Of a DNA stretch of 64,000 bases, positions 11,001-18,496 are shown in pieces. Below the pieces are notes generated by a model. That model saw only the letters and a program-made list of their open reading frames with translations. It ran no database searches and was not told the origin of the DNA. The DNA comes from Bacteroidota bacterium (GTDB taxonomy: Bacteria > Bacteroidota > Bacteroidia > UKL13-3): positions 22,219-86,218 of the forward strand of contig CANHVU010000013.1 of NCBI GenBank assembly GCA_947464275.1, read 5' to 3'. The position numbers were made by a program, and so were the translations under genes. Within the stretch, counting starts at the first letter, position 1; each line of letters opens with the position of its first letter.

Positions 11001-12675
11001 TATTTCTAGTATTAACGGGGCATCATATGCTTGGTCAGGTCCAAACGGATATTCATCTACAATTCAAAATCCTACAATAACTAATTTAACCAAATCAATG
11101 GCAGGTAATTATGCTGTGGTAATAAGTACTACTCAATGTGGTGTAATTAACAGTTATAGTACAGATGTAATAGTTAAACAAAAACCAATTATAAATTCAA
11201 TTACATCTAATAATATTATTTGTGCTGGCGATACTTTTCAAGCAATAATATCTAGTTCAAACACCAGTAATGGAGCAACATACAATTGGACAGGTGTAAA
11301 TAATTTTAGTGCATTTGGTAAAACAATTTTACTAAATAATGTAAATTCGAGTAATGAAGGACAGTATACAGTTACCGCAACTGATTCAGGCTGTACTTCG
11401 CTTCCTTTTAATTTAAACCTTACAGTAAAAGCAAAGCCATCATCTCCTACTATTTCTAATGTTCCACCAATTTGCGAAGGAGCAAAATTAGATTTATCAG
11501 CTTCTTTAATTTCTGGTGCTACCTATGTTTGGTCGGGCCCTAATAGTTTTTCTAGTTCAGTGCGAAATCCTAGTATTACAAGCACCACTAAAGCGGCTGA
11601 AGGAACCTACCGAGTATATAGCATAGTAAATGGATGCAAATCAGCTGAAGAAAGTACGGGAGTAATAATAAATAACAAACCCAGTACCCCAGTAATTACC
11701 AATGTGGCGAATGCATGTGTTGGTGAAAACGTTAACCTTAACACTACTTTTGTTCCAAATGCTAGTTATAGCTGGACAGGCCCAAATAGTTTTTCAGCTA
11801 ACACACAAAATATTAACTTAACCTCAGTAACAGTTAACAATTCAGGTACTTATAGCTGTCTTGTTACAGTTGCAAATTGTAGTAGTGATTTAGGAACAAG
11901 TAACCTCTCAGTTAATTCATTACCAGCAGCTCCAATATTATCTAGTTTTCCAGTAAACAAACTTTGTGCTGGAGATAGCCTACAATTATTCGCTTCATTT
12001 ATTGATTTGGCCACTTATTCTTGGACAGGTCCTGCTGGTTTTATAGCAAACACAAGAACTCCAGTAATTAAAAATACTAATTTAGCTTACTCAGGAGTAT
12101 ATAATGCAGTTGCTATTAAAAATAATTGCCAATCACTACCTAGCACTATTACCATTACAGTTAACCCAACGCCAAATACAGGTAACATTTCAGGATTAAC
12201 AAATGTTTCAAAGTTTGATACCACATCTTATTCTGTTAATGGTTTACAAGGATCTAGTTATGAGTGGACTGTTTCCAACAATGCAAATGTACTTTTAGGA
12301 GCAGGTACCAATAAAATTCAAGTTAAATGGTTAAATGTTGGTGTTGGTAATTTAAAAGTAGTTGAAACATCAAATCAAGGGTGTGTTGGTACCGAAAAAA
12401 CATTTAATGCAACTATTACCCCCGGTGTAGGAATAAGTGAAAGCAACCTATCTAATGATTTGTTAATTTACCCAAATCCAACCAATGATTTTATTAATAT
12501 ATCATTACCAAATCATAACATAAAACAAGTTGTTATTTACAATTTAATGGGTGGCGAAATTCTTCAAACCAACAAAACAAATATCAATATTTCTGAATTG
12601 GCTTATGGTATTTATTTTGTTAAGGTGATAGATAATAATGGTAATAGTTGTATCAAAAAAATAGTTAAGGACTAA
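8011..12675 (+). CDS. Large T9SS type A-sorted surface protein with a PKD-like domain and 13 Ig-like YxW(T/S)GPN repeats
   Basis: Signal peptide; 13 two-Cys ~80-aa repeats; C-terminal IYPNPT...GIYFVKV...KKIVK sorting domain. Confidence 0.85.
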   Translation: MRTKSTSLFLFVFCLNNLLFSQNSIQSHNRFIPVPSKVHTKSIGTSSLGKTATCATDTIEYPYFKTTGFNLIGINASTSAAAAYQWYPAMQSITVKGFNFFAFLSSTAGILSQSVTINIYNSTIDSLPTGTPLRSITMNIDSVTGNGSLLAIRKMAMFTSPITIPSGNGYVLSIENASANNVLVVCNNWNTFDGAAEWCSSLKIGTSNLRSYNVNVGGVTFDADFLMHPIVNYSITSSFTTNPTCFTIGNQVNFTNTSSAINFSRFYNFRKFAGIIESSFNWDFGNSTGGSAVDTSVTYGSSGPFNVKLTDTLEGYYKYCVDVSNTTLNSVPNAPTAGGGGSYCQGSTINLTCVTVPGAAYTWAGPNGFSSTSQNPVRTGASTLMAGTYNVTVTVNGCTSLSSSVTVSIVQQPVATNNSPVCYGESVVLSSNLISGASYSWTGPNGFSSNLQNAIIANLAIVDTGLYTLSVSLAGCSFNPTTTRVTGIALPQSPTVSNTINTCVGSNVNLTAGGTYTSPSYTWSGPNNYFSNSQNPSFAATSTSQSGTYSVRVSSGSCASNPSNIVVNISNVPTAPTVSNNGALCEGQTLVLNASLVSGATYNWTGPNGFTSTLQNPTINNSTSLTAGNYTAFVVVGSCSSAVATTSVSVIPQPIASNNSPVCFGQAVNLSVSSINNATYSWTGPNGFSSTSQNPTRTGILPADTGIYTVTVSTTSCSFNPSTTRVSGKALPPNPTVGNSINVCLGNTINLSASGTYTSPIYSWTGPNGFTSNSQNPSFTGNSINNSGTYNVTATSNGCTSNPSSISVIVNPIPSTPTVSNNGALCAGQTLSLSASLVPNATYTWSGPNNFVSAIQNPSVANVSITDAGIYSVFVTVNGCNSVAGNTTVVISASAPSPVASSNSPVCLGQSLNLFATNVSGANYSWTGPNGFTSSLQNPIIPNVTNLSSGTYSVTATTSTCGTSPSANVTVNVISLPITPIASNNGPSCEGSSCTLNISSINGASYAWSGPNGYSSTIQNPTITNLTKSMAGNYAVVISTTQCGVINSYSTDVIVKQKPIINSITSNNIICAGDTFQAIISSSNTSNGATYNWTGVNNFSAFGKTILLNNVNSSNEGQYTVTATDSGCTSLPFNLNLTVKAKPSSPTISNVPPICEGAKLDLSASLISGATYVWSGPNSFSSSVRNPSITSTTKAAEGTYRVYSIVNGCKSAEESTGVIINNKPSTPVITNVANACVGENVNLNTTFVPNASYSWTGPNSFSANTQNINLTSVTVNNSGTYSCLVTVANCSSDLGTSNLSVNSLPAAPILSSFPVNKLCAGDSLQLFASFIDLATYSWTGPAGFIANTRTPVIKNTNLAYSGVYNAVAIKNNCQSLPSTITITVNPTPNTGNISGLTNVSKFDTTSYSVNGLQGSSYEWTVSNNANVLLGAGTNKIQVKWLNVGVGNLKVVETSNQGCVGTEKTFNATITPGVGISESNLSNDLLIYPNPTNDFINISLPNHNIKQVVIYNLMGGEILQTNKTNINISELAYGIYFVKVIDNNGNSCIKKIVKD

Positions 12676-12697
12676 TCGTTCTCAATAAAAGCAATTG

Positions 12698-12741
12698 AAT
12701 AAAAACTGCACCTAAATGATTATTTAGGTGCAGTTTTTATT
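12698..12741. terminator. Intrinsic terminator
   Basis: AATAAAAACTGCACCTAAAT-gatt-ATTTAGGTGCAGTTTTTATT perfect hairpin after the stop codon. Confidence 0.85.
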
Positions 12742-12846
12742 TATTAATTTAGGTATACCTTTATCATATTTTTAAAAAGCTCAGATCAAATAACTGAATA
12801 AAAATGTCTTAGTCAAAAATTAATTTGGAATTTTAGTTTCAATTAA

Positions 12847-12870
12847 TATCTTCGCCTAACAATTGTTAGG
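12847..12870 (+). promoter_or_regulatory. -7 promoter variant (TATCTTCG) followed by palindromic TetR operator CCTAACAATTGTTAGG
   Basis: Perfect 16-bp palindrome at 12855-12870, 2 nt before the tetR ATG and adjacent to a TAnnTTTG-like box. Confidence 0.7.
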
Positions 12871-12872
12871 TT

Positions 12873-13475
12873 ATGGCTGATTCATTGAACATCAATAGAA
12901 AAGAACAAATAATAGATGCAGCTGCATTATTATTTAAACAAAAAGGTTATGCAAGCACTACCATGCGCGACTTAGCAACGGAGCTAGGCATAGAAGCTGC
13001 TAGTATTTATCACCACATCAAATCAAAAGAAGAACTTTTAGAAGGCATTTGTTTCGACATGGCCAACAAATTTATTTCTAATGCAAAAGAGGTGAACGAC
13101 ATTTACTTTAACGCTGAAGAAAAATTACGTTTAGCCATTAAATTACACGTGGAAACCATAACTGAAAACCAAAATCAATCCGCAGTATTTTTAAGTGAGT
13201 GGCGTAATTTAAGCGAACCAAAACTTACCTTATTTAAGCAATTGCGCCAGCAATACGAAAACCAATTTACCATTATATTAATGGATGGCGAAAACGAAGA
13301 TATTTTTGATCAAGTAGATAAAAAATTTGCAGTATTAAGCATTTTATCGACTATTAATTTTGTAAACGAATGGTACAAACCAGATGGCAAAATGAATGCA
13401 GCTGAAATAGCCGAAAAACTAAGTAATTTTATAATGGGAGGTTTAAGAAAACGTTTGGTAACGGATGTTTTATAG
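12873..13475 (+). CDS. TetR/AcrR family regulator (PaaR/KstR2-like)
   Basis: HTH IIDAAALLFKQKGYASTTMRDLA...YHHIKSKEELL; WYKPDG C-terminus; heads the paa operon. Confidence 0.9.
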   Translation: MADSLNINRKEQIIDAAALLFKQKGYASTTMRDLATELGIEAASIYHHIKSKEELLEGICFDMANKFISNAKEVNDIYFNAEEKLRLAIKLHVETITENQNQSAVFLSEWRNLSEPKLTLFKQLRQQYENQFTIILMDGENEDIFDQVDKKFAVLSILSTINFVNEWYKPDGKMNAAEIAEKLSNFIMGGLRKRLVTDVL

Positions 13476-13529
13476 GCCATAGCAAATAGACCATGGTCCA
13501 ATAACTAATAACAAAAAACTAAAATATAT

Positions 13530-14519
13530 ATGTACGGAAATGCTTACATCGATCCTAATGAAAAAGCCAACGCAATGCTTGCAGGCGAGGATCCAATTAA
13601 ATTAGCTGAATTTGAAGCACGCATAGCACGTGGCGAAAAAATTGAACCAAAAGATTGGATGCCTAAAGAGTATAGGAAACAGTTGATCAGAATGATTGAA
13701 CAACATGGTCATTCAGAAATTATTGGTGCTTTGCCTGAAGGTACTTGGATTACCCGTGCACCTGGTTTTAAACGTAAATTAGCTTTAATGGCTAAAGTAC
13801 AAGACGAAGTTGGTCACGCACAATTACTTTATAGTGCTGCCGAAACTTTAGGTAAAAGCCGCGAAGACATGATTAATGATTTGATTACTGGCAAATCAAA
13901 ATACTCAAATGTATTTAATTATCCTGCATACACTTGGGCAGATGCTTGTATTATAGCATGGTTAATTGATGCTGGTGCAATTATTAACCAAGTAGCAAAT
14001 GCTAAAGGCAGTTATGGCCCTTATTGTAGAGCATTGGACAGAATTTGTACGGAAGAAAGTTTCCATTTAAAATATGGTCACGATAATGTGGTAACATTAG
14101 CTACAGGCACGCCAATTCAACGCAAAATGGTTCAAGAAGCATTAACCCGTTGGTGGCCACCAATTATGCATTTTTTTGGTCCAAGCGATAAAATATCGAG
14201 CCATACCGAAATTCTAATGCGTTGGAAAGTAAAAATGGCAAGTAACGATGATATGCGCCAACAATTCTTAAACATGTACGTTCCAAAAATTTGGGATTTA
14301 GGTTTAGTAATTCCAGATGCTAACTTGAAGAAAAACGAAGAAACAGGCAAATGGGATTATACCGAACCAGATTGGGATGAATTTAAACGTGTAATTAATG
14401 GTGGTGGACCTTGCAATGCAGAGCGTTTAGCAGTGCGCAGAATGGCTGAAGAAAAAGGCCGTTGGGTACGTGCAGCCTTGTTAAGAAAAGACGAAAAATA
14501 CGTTACACCGCTTGCATAG
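13530..14519 (+). CDS. paaA: 1,2-phenylacetyl-CoA epoxidase subunit A
   Basis: [34 protein letters not shown] diiron motifs. Confidence 0.95.
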   Translation: MYGNAYIDPNEKANAMLAGEDPIKLAEFEARIARGEKIEPKDWMPKEYRKQLIRMIEQHGHSEIIGALPEGTWITRAPGFKRKLALMAKVQDEVGHAQLLYSAAETLGKSREDMINDLITGKSKYSNVFNYPAYTWADACIIAWLIDAGAIINQVANAKGSYGPYCRALDRICTEESFHLKYGHDNVVTLATGTPIQRKMVQEALTRWWPPIMHFFGPSDKISSHTEILMRWKVKMASNDDMRQQFLNMYVPKIWDLGLVIPDANLKKNEETGKWDYTEPDWDEFKRVINGGGPCNAERLAVRRMAEEKGRWVRAALLRKDEKYVTPLA

Positions 14520-14520
14520 G

Positions 14521-14570
14521 TAATTATAAGATTACAAAATTAAGAAAATTAAAAGACTAGAAATTGATTC
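14521..14570 (+). repeat. Left arm of inverted repeat flanking the four-helix-bundle gene
   Basis: TAAGATTACAAAATT (14527-14541) is the exact reverse complement of 14941-14955; ~8-nt periodicity. Confidence 0.8.
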
Positions 14571-14934
14571 ATGAAAATTGAACGGTTTGAGGATTTGGAA
14601 AAAGTCAGTTGAACTTTATGTTGATATTTTTGTAGTAATCGAAAACAGTGGTTTAAAAAACGACTTTTCTGCAAAAGATCAATTGAAAAGGGTAACATTA
14701 TCAATATCTAATAACATTGCCGAAGGATTTGAATACGAAAATAATCTTCAATTTGTTAGGTTTCTTAGGTATTCAAAAGGTTCGGCTGGAGAAATTAGAA
14801 ACATGGTTACAGTTTTTTTCATGACCGGTCAAATTAGTAAAGAACAACATGATAAATTAATTGAAAAAATTGTTGAAATATCGAAAAGCATAAAAGGTTT
14901 TATGAAATACTTAAGTAACACGAAAAAACAATAA
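14571..14934 (+). pseudogene. Four-helix-bundle protein (23S rRNA IVS-protein / TIGR02436-like family), frameshifted near the 5' end
   Basis: Body has DQLKRVTLSISNNIAEGFE...FVRFLRYSKGSAGEIR. The ATG at 14571 gives MKIERFEDLE and then a stop at 14610; IWKKSVEL continues in the +1 frame. Confidence 0.8.
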
Positions 14935-14963
14935 TCTTAAAATTTTGTAATCTTAAAATTTTA
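14932..14963 (+). repeat. Right arm: tandem 16-mer TAATCTTAAAATTTTG/A x2
   Basis: Direct reading; complementary to the left arm at 14527-14545. Confidence 0.8.
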
Positions 14964-14975
14964 AAAATTAAAAAA

Positions 14976-15347
14976 ATGATAAACTCACTCGATCCTCGTA
15001 TAGCACGAGAGCAAATAAATGAAGATAATACCATTGCTCCATTAACCGAAATGGATCAATTTGAAACATACGAAGTGTTTCATCAAAAAAAACGTGGTGA
15101 CCAACATGTACACGTAGGTATAGTGCATGCACCAAATGCTGAAATGGCATTGCTTTTTGGAAAAGAACAGTTTGGCCGCAGAGGTTTAAGTGTAAATATT
15201 TGGGTAGTTAAAACCAGCAATGTTTTTGCATCGGATTACGATGATGCTGACATTTTTGAAACAGTACCTGAAAAACAGTACCGCGAAGCAGGTGGCTATA
15301 AAGTAATGGACAAAATTAACAAGTACAAAAAGGAAAATAAAGTTTAA
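14976..15347 (+). CDS. paaB: 1,2-phenylacetyl-CoA epoxidase subunit B
   Basis: YEVF, HVHVGIVHAPNAEMAL, IWVV motifs; operon position. Confidence 0.9.
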   Translation: MINSLDPRIAREQINEDNTIAPLTEMDQFETYEVFHQKKRGDQHVHVGIVHAPNAEMALLFGKEQFGRRGLSVNIWVVKTSNVFASDYDDADIFETVPEKQYREAGGYKVMDKINKYKKENKV

Positions 15348-15348
15348 T

Positions 15349-15449
15349 AATTGAAAATTACAAGGTTAAAAGATTACAAAATTGAATATGTTATTGATAA
15401 AAACTAAACAATTTAGCTTTTAATTTTTCAATCTTTTTAACCTTGTAAT
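15349..15449. repeat. Empty inverted-repeat pair in the paaB-paaC spacer
   Basis: ATTACAAGGTTAAAAGATT (15357-15375) pairs with AATCTTTTTAACCTTGTAAT (15430-15449). Confidence 0.8.
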
Positions 15450-15459
15450 AAAAAAGCAT

Positions 15460-16209
15460 ATGGAACACATCAAAGAATTATTATATAAAATGGCCGATGA
15501 CTTGTTAGTTATTGGACATAGAAACAGCGAGTGGACGGGCTTAGGACCAATATTGGAAGAAGATATTGCATTTTCATCTATGGCTCAAGATAAAATTGGC
15601 CACTCGCAAGCTTTGTTTCAAATATTACACGAACTTGGCGAACCAGAACCTGATACAAACGCATTTATGCGCGAAGCAAAACAGTTTCACAACGCACAGT
15701 TTTTAGAGTTACAAAACGATGATTACGATTTTTCAACTATCCGTCACTTTTTGTTTGACCACGCTGACCAATTACGTTTTGACAATTTAGCAAATAGCAG
15801 TTACGAACCTTTGGCAAAAGTAGCTCGTAAAATAAAAGGTGAGTTAAAGTACCATGTTTTTCATGCTGATATTTGGTTAAACAAATTAGGAAATGGAAAT
15901 GAAGAAAGTCATGCACGAATGCAAACTGCCCTAAATAATGCTTGGAACTACGCTTTAGGCATGTTTGAAAAAGGCGATTACGAAGCTCAATTAATTGCTG
16001 ACAATACATTTGAAGGTGAACAATCGTTACAAAACAGATGGTTAGCGGTAATTACTCCAATCATTGAAAAAGCCAACTTAAAAATTCCTGCGGAAAAAGA
16101 TTGGGAACCAGTTTTAGGCGGTAGAAAAGGTTATCATACCGAAAACTTAGATCAATTGGTAAATGAAATGAGCGAGGTTTTTAGAATAGAACCCGGAGCT
16201 GAATGGTAG
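15460..16209 (+). CDS. paaC: 1,2-phenylacetyl-CoA epoxidase subunit C
   Basis: ADDLLVIGHRNSEW, PILEEDIA, ELKYH, GGRKGYHTE, PGAEW C-terminus. Confidence 0.95.
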   Translation: MEHIKELLYKMADDLLVIGHRNSEWTGLGPILEEDIAFSSMAQDKIGHSQALFQILHELGEPEPDTNAFMREAKQFHNAQFLELQNDDYDFSTIRHFLFDHADQLRFDNLANSSYEPLAKVARKIKGELKYHVFHADIWLNKLGNGNEESHARMQTALNNAWNYALGMFEKGDYEAQLIADNTFEGEQSLQNRWLAVITPIIEKANLKIPAEKDWEPVLGGRKGYHTENLDQLVNEMSEVFRIEPGAEW

Positions 16210-16211
16210 TT

Positions 16212-16308
16212 AATTGAAAGAATATAAAGATTGCAAGGTTTAAAAGATTAGTAAAAATACAAAGCAATACTTAATTAACCTTGTAATCTTTCAACTTTGC
16301 AATCTTTC
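16212..16308. repeat. Empty inverted-repeat pair in the paaC-paaD spacer
   Basis: AAAGATTGCAAGGTT (16226-16240) pairs with the tandem 16-mers AACCTTGTAATCTTTC (16277-16292) and AACTTTGCAATCTTTC (16293-16308). Confidence 0.8.
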
Positions 16309-16339
16309 CAACACTATAATTTTTTAATTAAAAGCAAAA

Positions 16340-16825
16340 ATGATTACCGAAAAAGAAATTTGGTCAGCACTTGAAATAGTAAAAGACCCAGAAATTCCAA
16401 CATTAAGTATGGTAGATATGGGCATCATTACCAAAGTAGAAGTAAGAGGCGAAAGCAATGTATATGTTGAAATGACTCCAACTTTTACTGGTTGCCCTGC
16501 AATAAAAATGATGGAAAATATGGTAGCAGATAGGCTTAAAGAAATTGGCATTGAAACCATTCAAGTTACCACCACTTTTGATAAACCTTGGAATAGCAAT
16601 AAGCTGACTGAGCGCGGTTTGATGTGTTTAAAAAAACATGGCCTTGCTCCTCCTCCAAAACACGAAGGCGAAATAACCATGGAATTATTGGAACATAGTA
16701 TTTGCCCGCATTGCGGTAGTAAAAATACAGATATGAAAACTCCTTTCGGGCCCACACTTTGCCGCAGCATGCATTACTGCAATGATTGCCTACAAGCATT
16801 TGAACAATTTAAGCCAGTGGTTTAA
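16340..16825 (+). CDS. paaD: 1,2-phenylacetyl-CoA epoxidase subunit D
   Basis: VKDPEIP, TPTFTGCPA, CPHCGS, FGPTLCRS..YCNDC. Confidence 0.93.
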   Translation: MITEKEIWSALEIVKDPEIPTLSMVDMGIITKVEVRGESNVYVEMTPTFTGCPAIKMMENMVADRLKEIGIETIQVTTTFDKPWNSNKLTERGLMCLKKHGLAPPPKHEGEITMELLEHSICPHCGSKNTDMKTPFGPTLCRSMHYCNDCLQAFEQFKPVV

Positions 16826-17898
16826 GGACTTACCAAATGGATTCCTACATTAAAATACAAGGGATTGGTTAAATGATTTTCTATGTAATAAGCATCTTTA
16901 TTACCAAGTAATCTTACATTATCTCCTTTATCAATGTTAAAATTGTAGTTAATTCTATAACCAGCTTGAACACTTAACCATATAAAACCGGTAAGTAATT
17001 TTTCGTAAGTTACCCTAGCACGTATTTCGCTTCGTCTTAATTCTAAATCATTGTAAGGCGAGGCAGTTTGTCCATTGGTATTTAAAATTGAATAACTATT
17101 ACCTTCTAATTCATACCCAACTAATAATAAGTTTCTTGCATTGAATGAGCGCCTAACTGCTAACCTAGCAGGAAATAAAGCTTCAATACCCCATTTTCTA
17201 TTCACAAAAGTATGATTGAATAAGATTAATGGAATATAACCTAAAGCACCAGGTCTGTAAGTTCTGCTTGCTCCAAATGCAATCATTGACCTATCGTTTC
17301 GTTTTATACCATATAATGCAGCAATTGTAATTTTGGGTTTCACCAATTGATCCATTAAATTACTACTACCAAAATTATAATTTCCATTAGCATCGGCAGA
17401 ACCAAAGGCCAAAATAAAATGCTTTTCGTTTAATGGCTTAAATACAGTAGTATTGAATCCGGTAGAACTCAAACCATTGTTGGTTAAATTCCTAATTACA
17501 TAATTATTTGAAGTGGAACTGTTAGTAAAATATTCATTTTGTAAATAGCTTACACCCAAGTTTACCAATAATTTAGTATTTGAAATAATTGGGAAATTAG
17601 CTGCTAACCTAAGTCCACCTGAGCCACTTAAATCAGCTGTACCATGTTTTATATCGCCACCAGTAGCATAGTCATCATGGCTTTCCATATTATGTGCCAT
17701 TTGGTAATCATAGCCAATACTAATTAGTTTATTAGGACTTAAACCCAAAACCTTTGAGGTACAATACGTTTTTATGTTGGCAGCCGGAGTAGCATTTTCA
17801 TACAAACTAAAATCTATCTCCTCCTCAACTAAACTGTCTTTTTGAGCATTAGCAATTGAAAATGAAAATAATAAGGTAATAAGTAAAATGTGTTTCAT
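16822..17898 (-). CDS. Putative outer-membrane beta-barrel protein
   Basis: Signal peptide from ATG 17898 (MKHILLITLL...ANAQ); alternating beta-strand pattern with LFP and GYELEG. Confidence 0.6.
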   Translation of the reverse strand: MKHILLITLLFSFSIANAQKDSLVEEEIDFSLYENATPAANIKTYCTSKVLGLSPNKLISIGYDYQMAHNMESHDDYATGGDIKHGTADLSGSGGLRLAANFPIISNTKLLVNLGVSYLQNEYFTNSSTSNNYVIRNLTNNGLSSTGFNTTVFKPLNEKHFILAFGSADANGNYNFGSSNLMDQLVKPKITIAALYGIKRNDRSMIAFGASRTYRPGALGYIPLILFNHTFVNRKWGIEALFPARLAVRRSFNARNLLLVGYELEGNSYSILNTNGQTASPYNDLELRRSEIRARVTYEKLLTGFIWLSVQAGYRINYNFNIDKGDNVRLLGNKDAYYIENHLTNPLYFNVGIHLVSP

Positions 17899-17983
17899 AT
17901 AAATATTTTCAATGTATAACAACAAAAATATGTAATTGTTTAATGATTTAAAAAATTTAAAATTGCAATGTTTAATAAAAATT

Positions 17984-18400
17984 ATGGAAACCGAAAACTT
18001 TGCACAAAAAGCCAAAAGAGTAGCAGTAAGCACTACCAAAAAGGTACTTTTAATTTTAACTATTTTACTAATAGGTATATTTGCTTTTTTCTATTGGGGA
18101 AAATACGAAAGTGGTATTATGGCAGGCAAAGTTTTACGTATCAGCCAAAAAGGGTTTATTTTTAAAACTTACGAAGGCAAACTAAATTTAGAAACTTTTG
18201 GCGCATTAAAAGGCACTAGCCCAATTGCGGAATCATTCGATTTTTCAGTAGAAGGCAGCGATACAGCAGTAATTAACCAATTGGAACAAGTTTCGTTAAC
18301 TGGAGAAAGAGTTAATTTATATTTTATAAAACGGTATATGACTTTTCCTTGGCGTGGCGAATCAAAATACTTTGTTACCCAAGTAGAAAGATCGAAATAA
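17984..18400 (+). CDS. Conserved single-TM Bacteroidota protein of unknown function
   Basis: One TM helix followed by G..AGKVLRISQKGFIFKTYEG, FDFSV and PWRGE; ATG at 17984. Confidence 0.7.
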   Translation: METENFAQKAKRVAVSTTKKVLLILTILLIGIFAFFYWGKYESGIMAGKVLRISQKGFIFKTYEGKLNLETFGALKGTSPIAESFDFSVEGSDTAVINQLEQVSLTGERVNLYFIKRYMTFPWRGESKYFVTQVERSK

Positions 18401-18428
18401 ATAGAACTTAGCATTTATTCATACCTTT

Positions 18429-18470
18429 TTCATACTTTATAATTCAAAATTCCACATCCATAATCCATAA
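18429..18470 (+). repeat. Degenerate heptamer tandem tract (6 units)
   Basis: ttcatac tttataa ttcaaaa ttccaca tccataa tccataa just upstream of polA. Confidence 0.6.
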
Positions 18471-18496
18471 TTTGAGTATTTTCTTATCTTGCAGCC

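Noticed and set aside
14595-14604. Programmed -1 frameshift at GGAAAAAG in the four-helix-bundle gene
   Set aside because: Joining the frames needs +1 (or -2), not -1; loss of an 8-nt unit explains the join better
14571-14934. Diversity-generating retroelement (Avd-like gene)
   Set aside because: No reverse transcriptase and no TR/VR pair with adenine-specific differences seen in the window
17899-18039. N-terminal extensions of ORF-track calls (also 28125-28280, 23444-23518, 39637-39708)
   Set aside because: Downstream starts give proper signal peptides or fit the promoter boxes; the extensions overlap divergent genes or promoters
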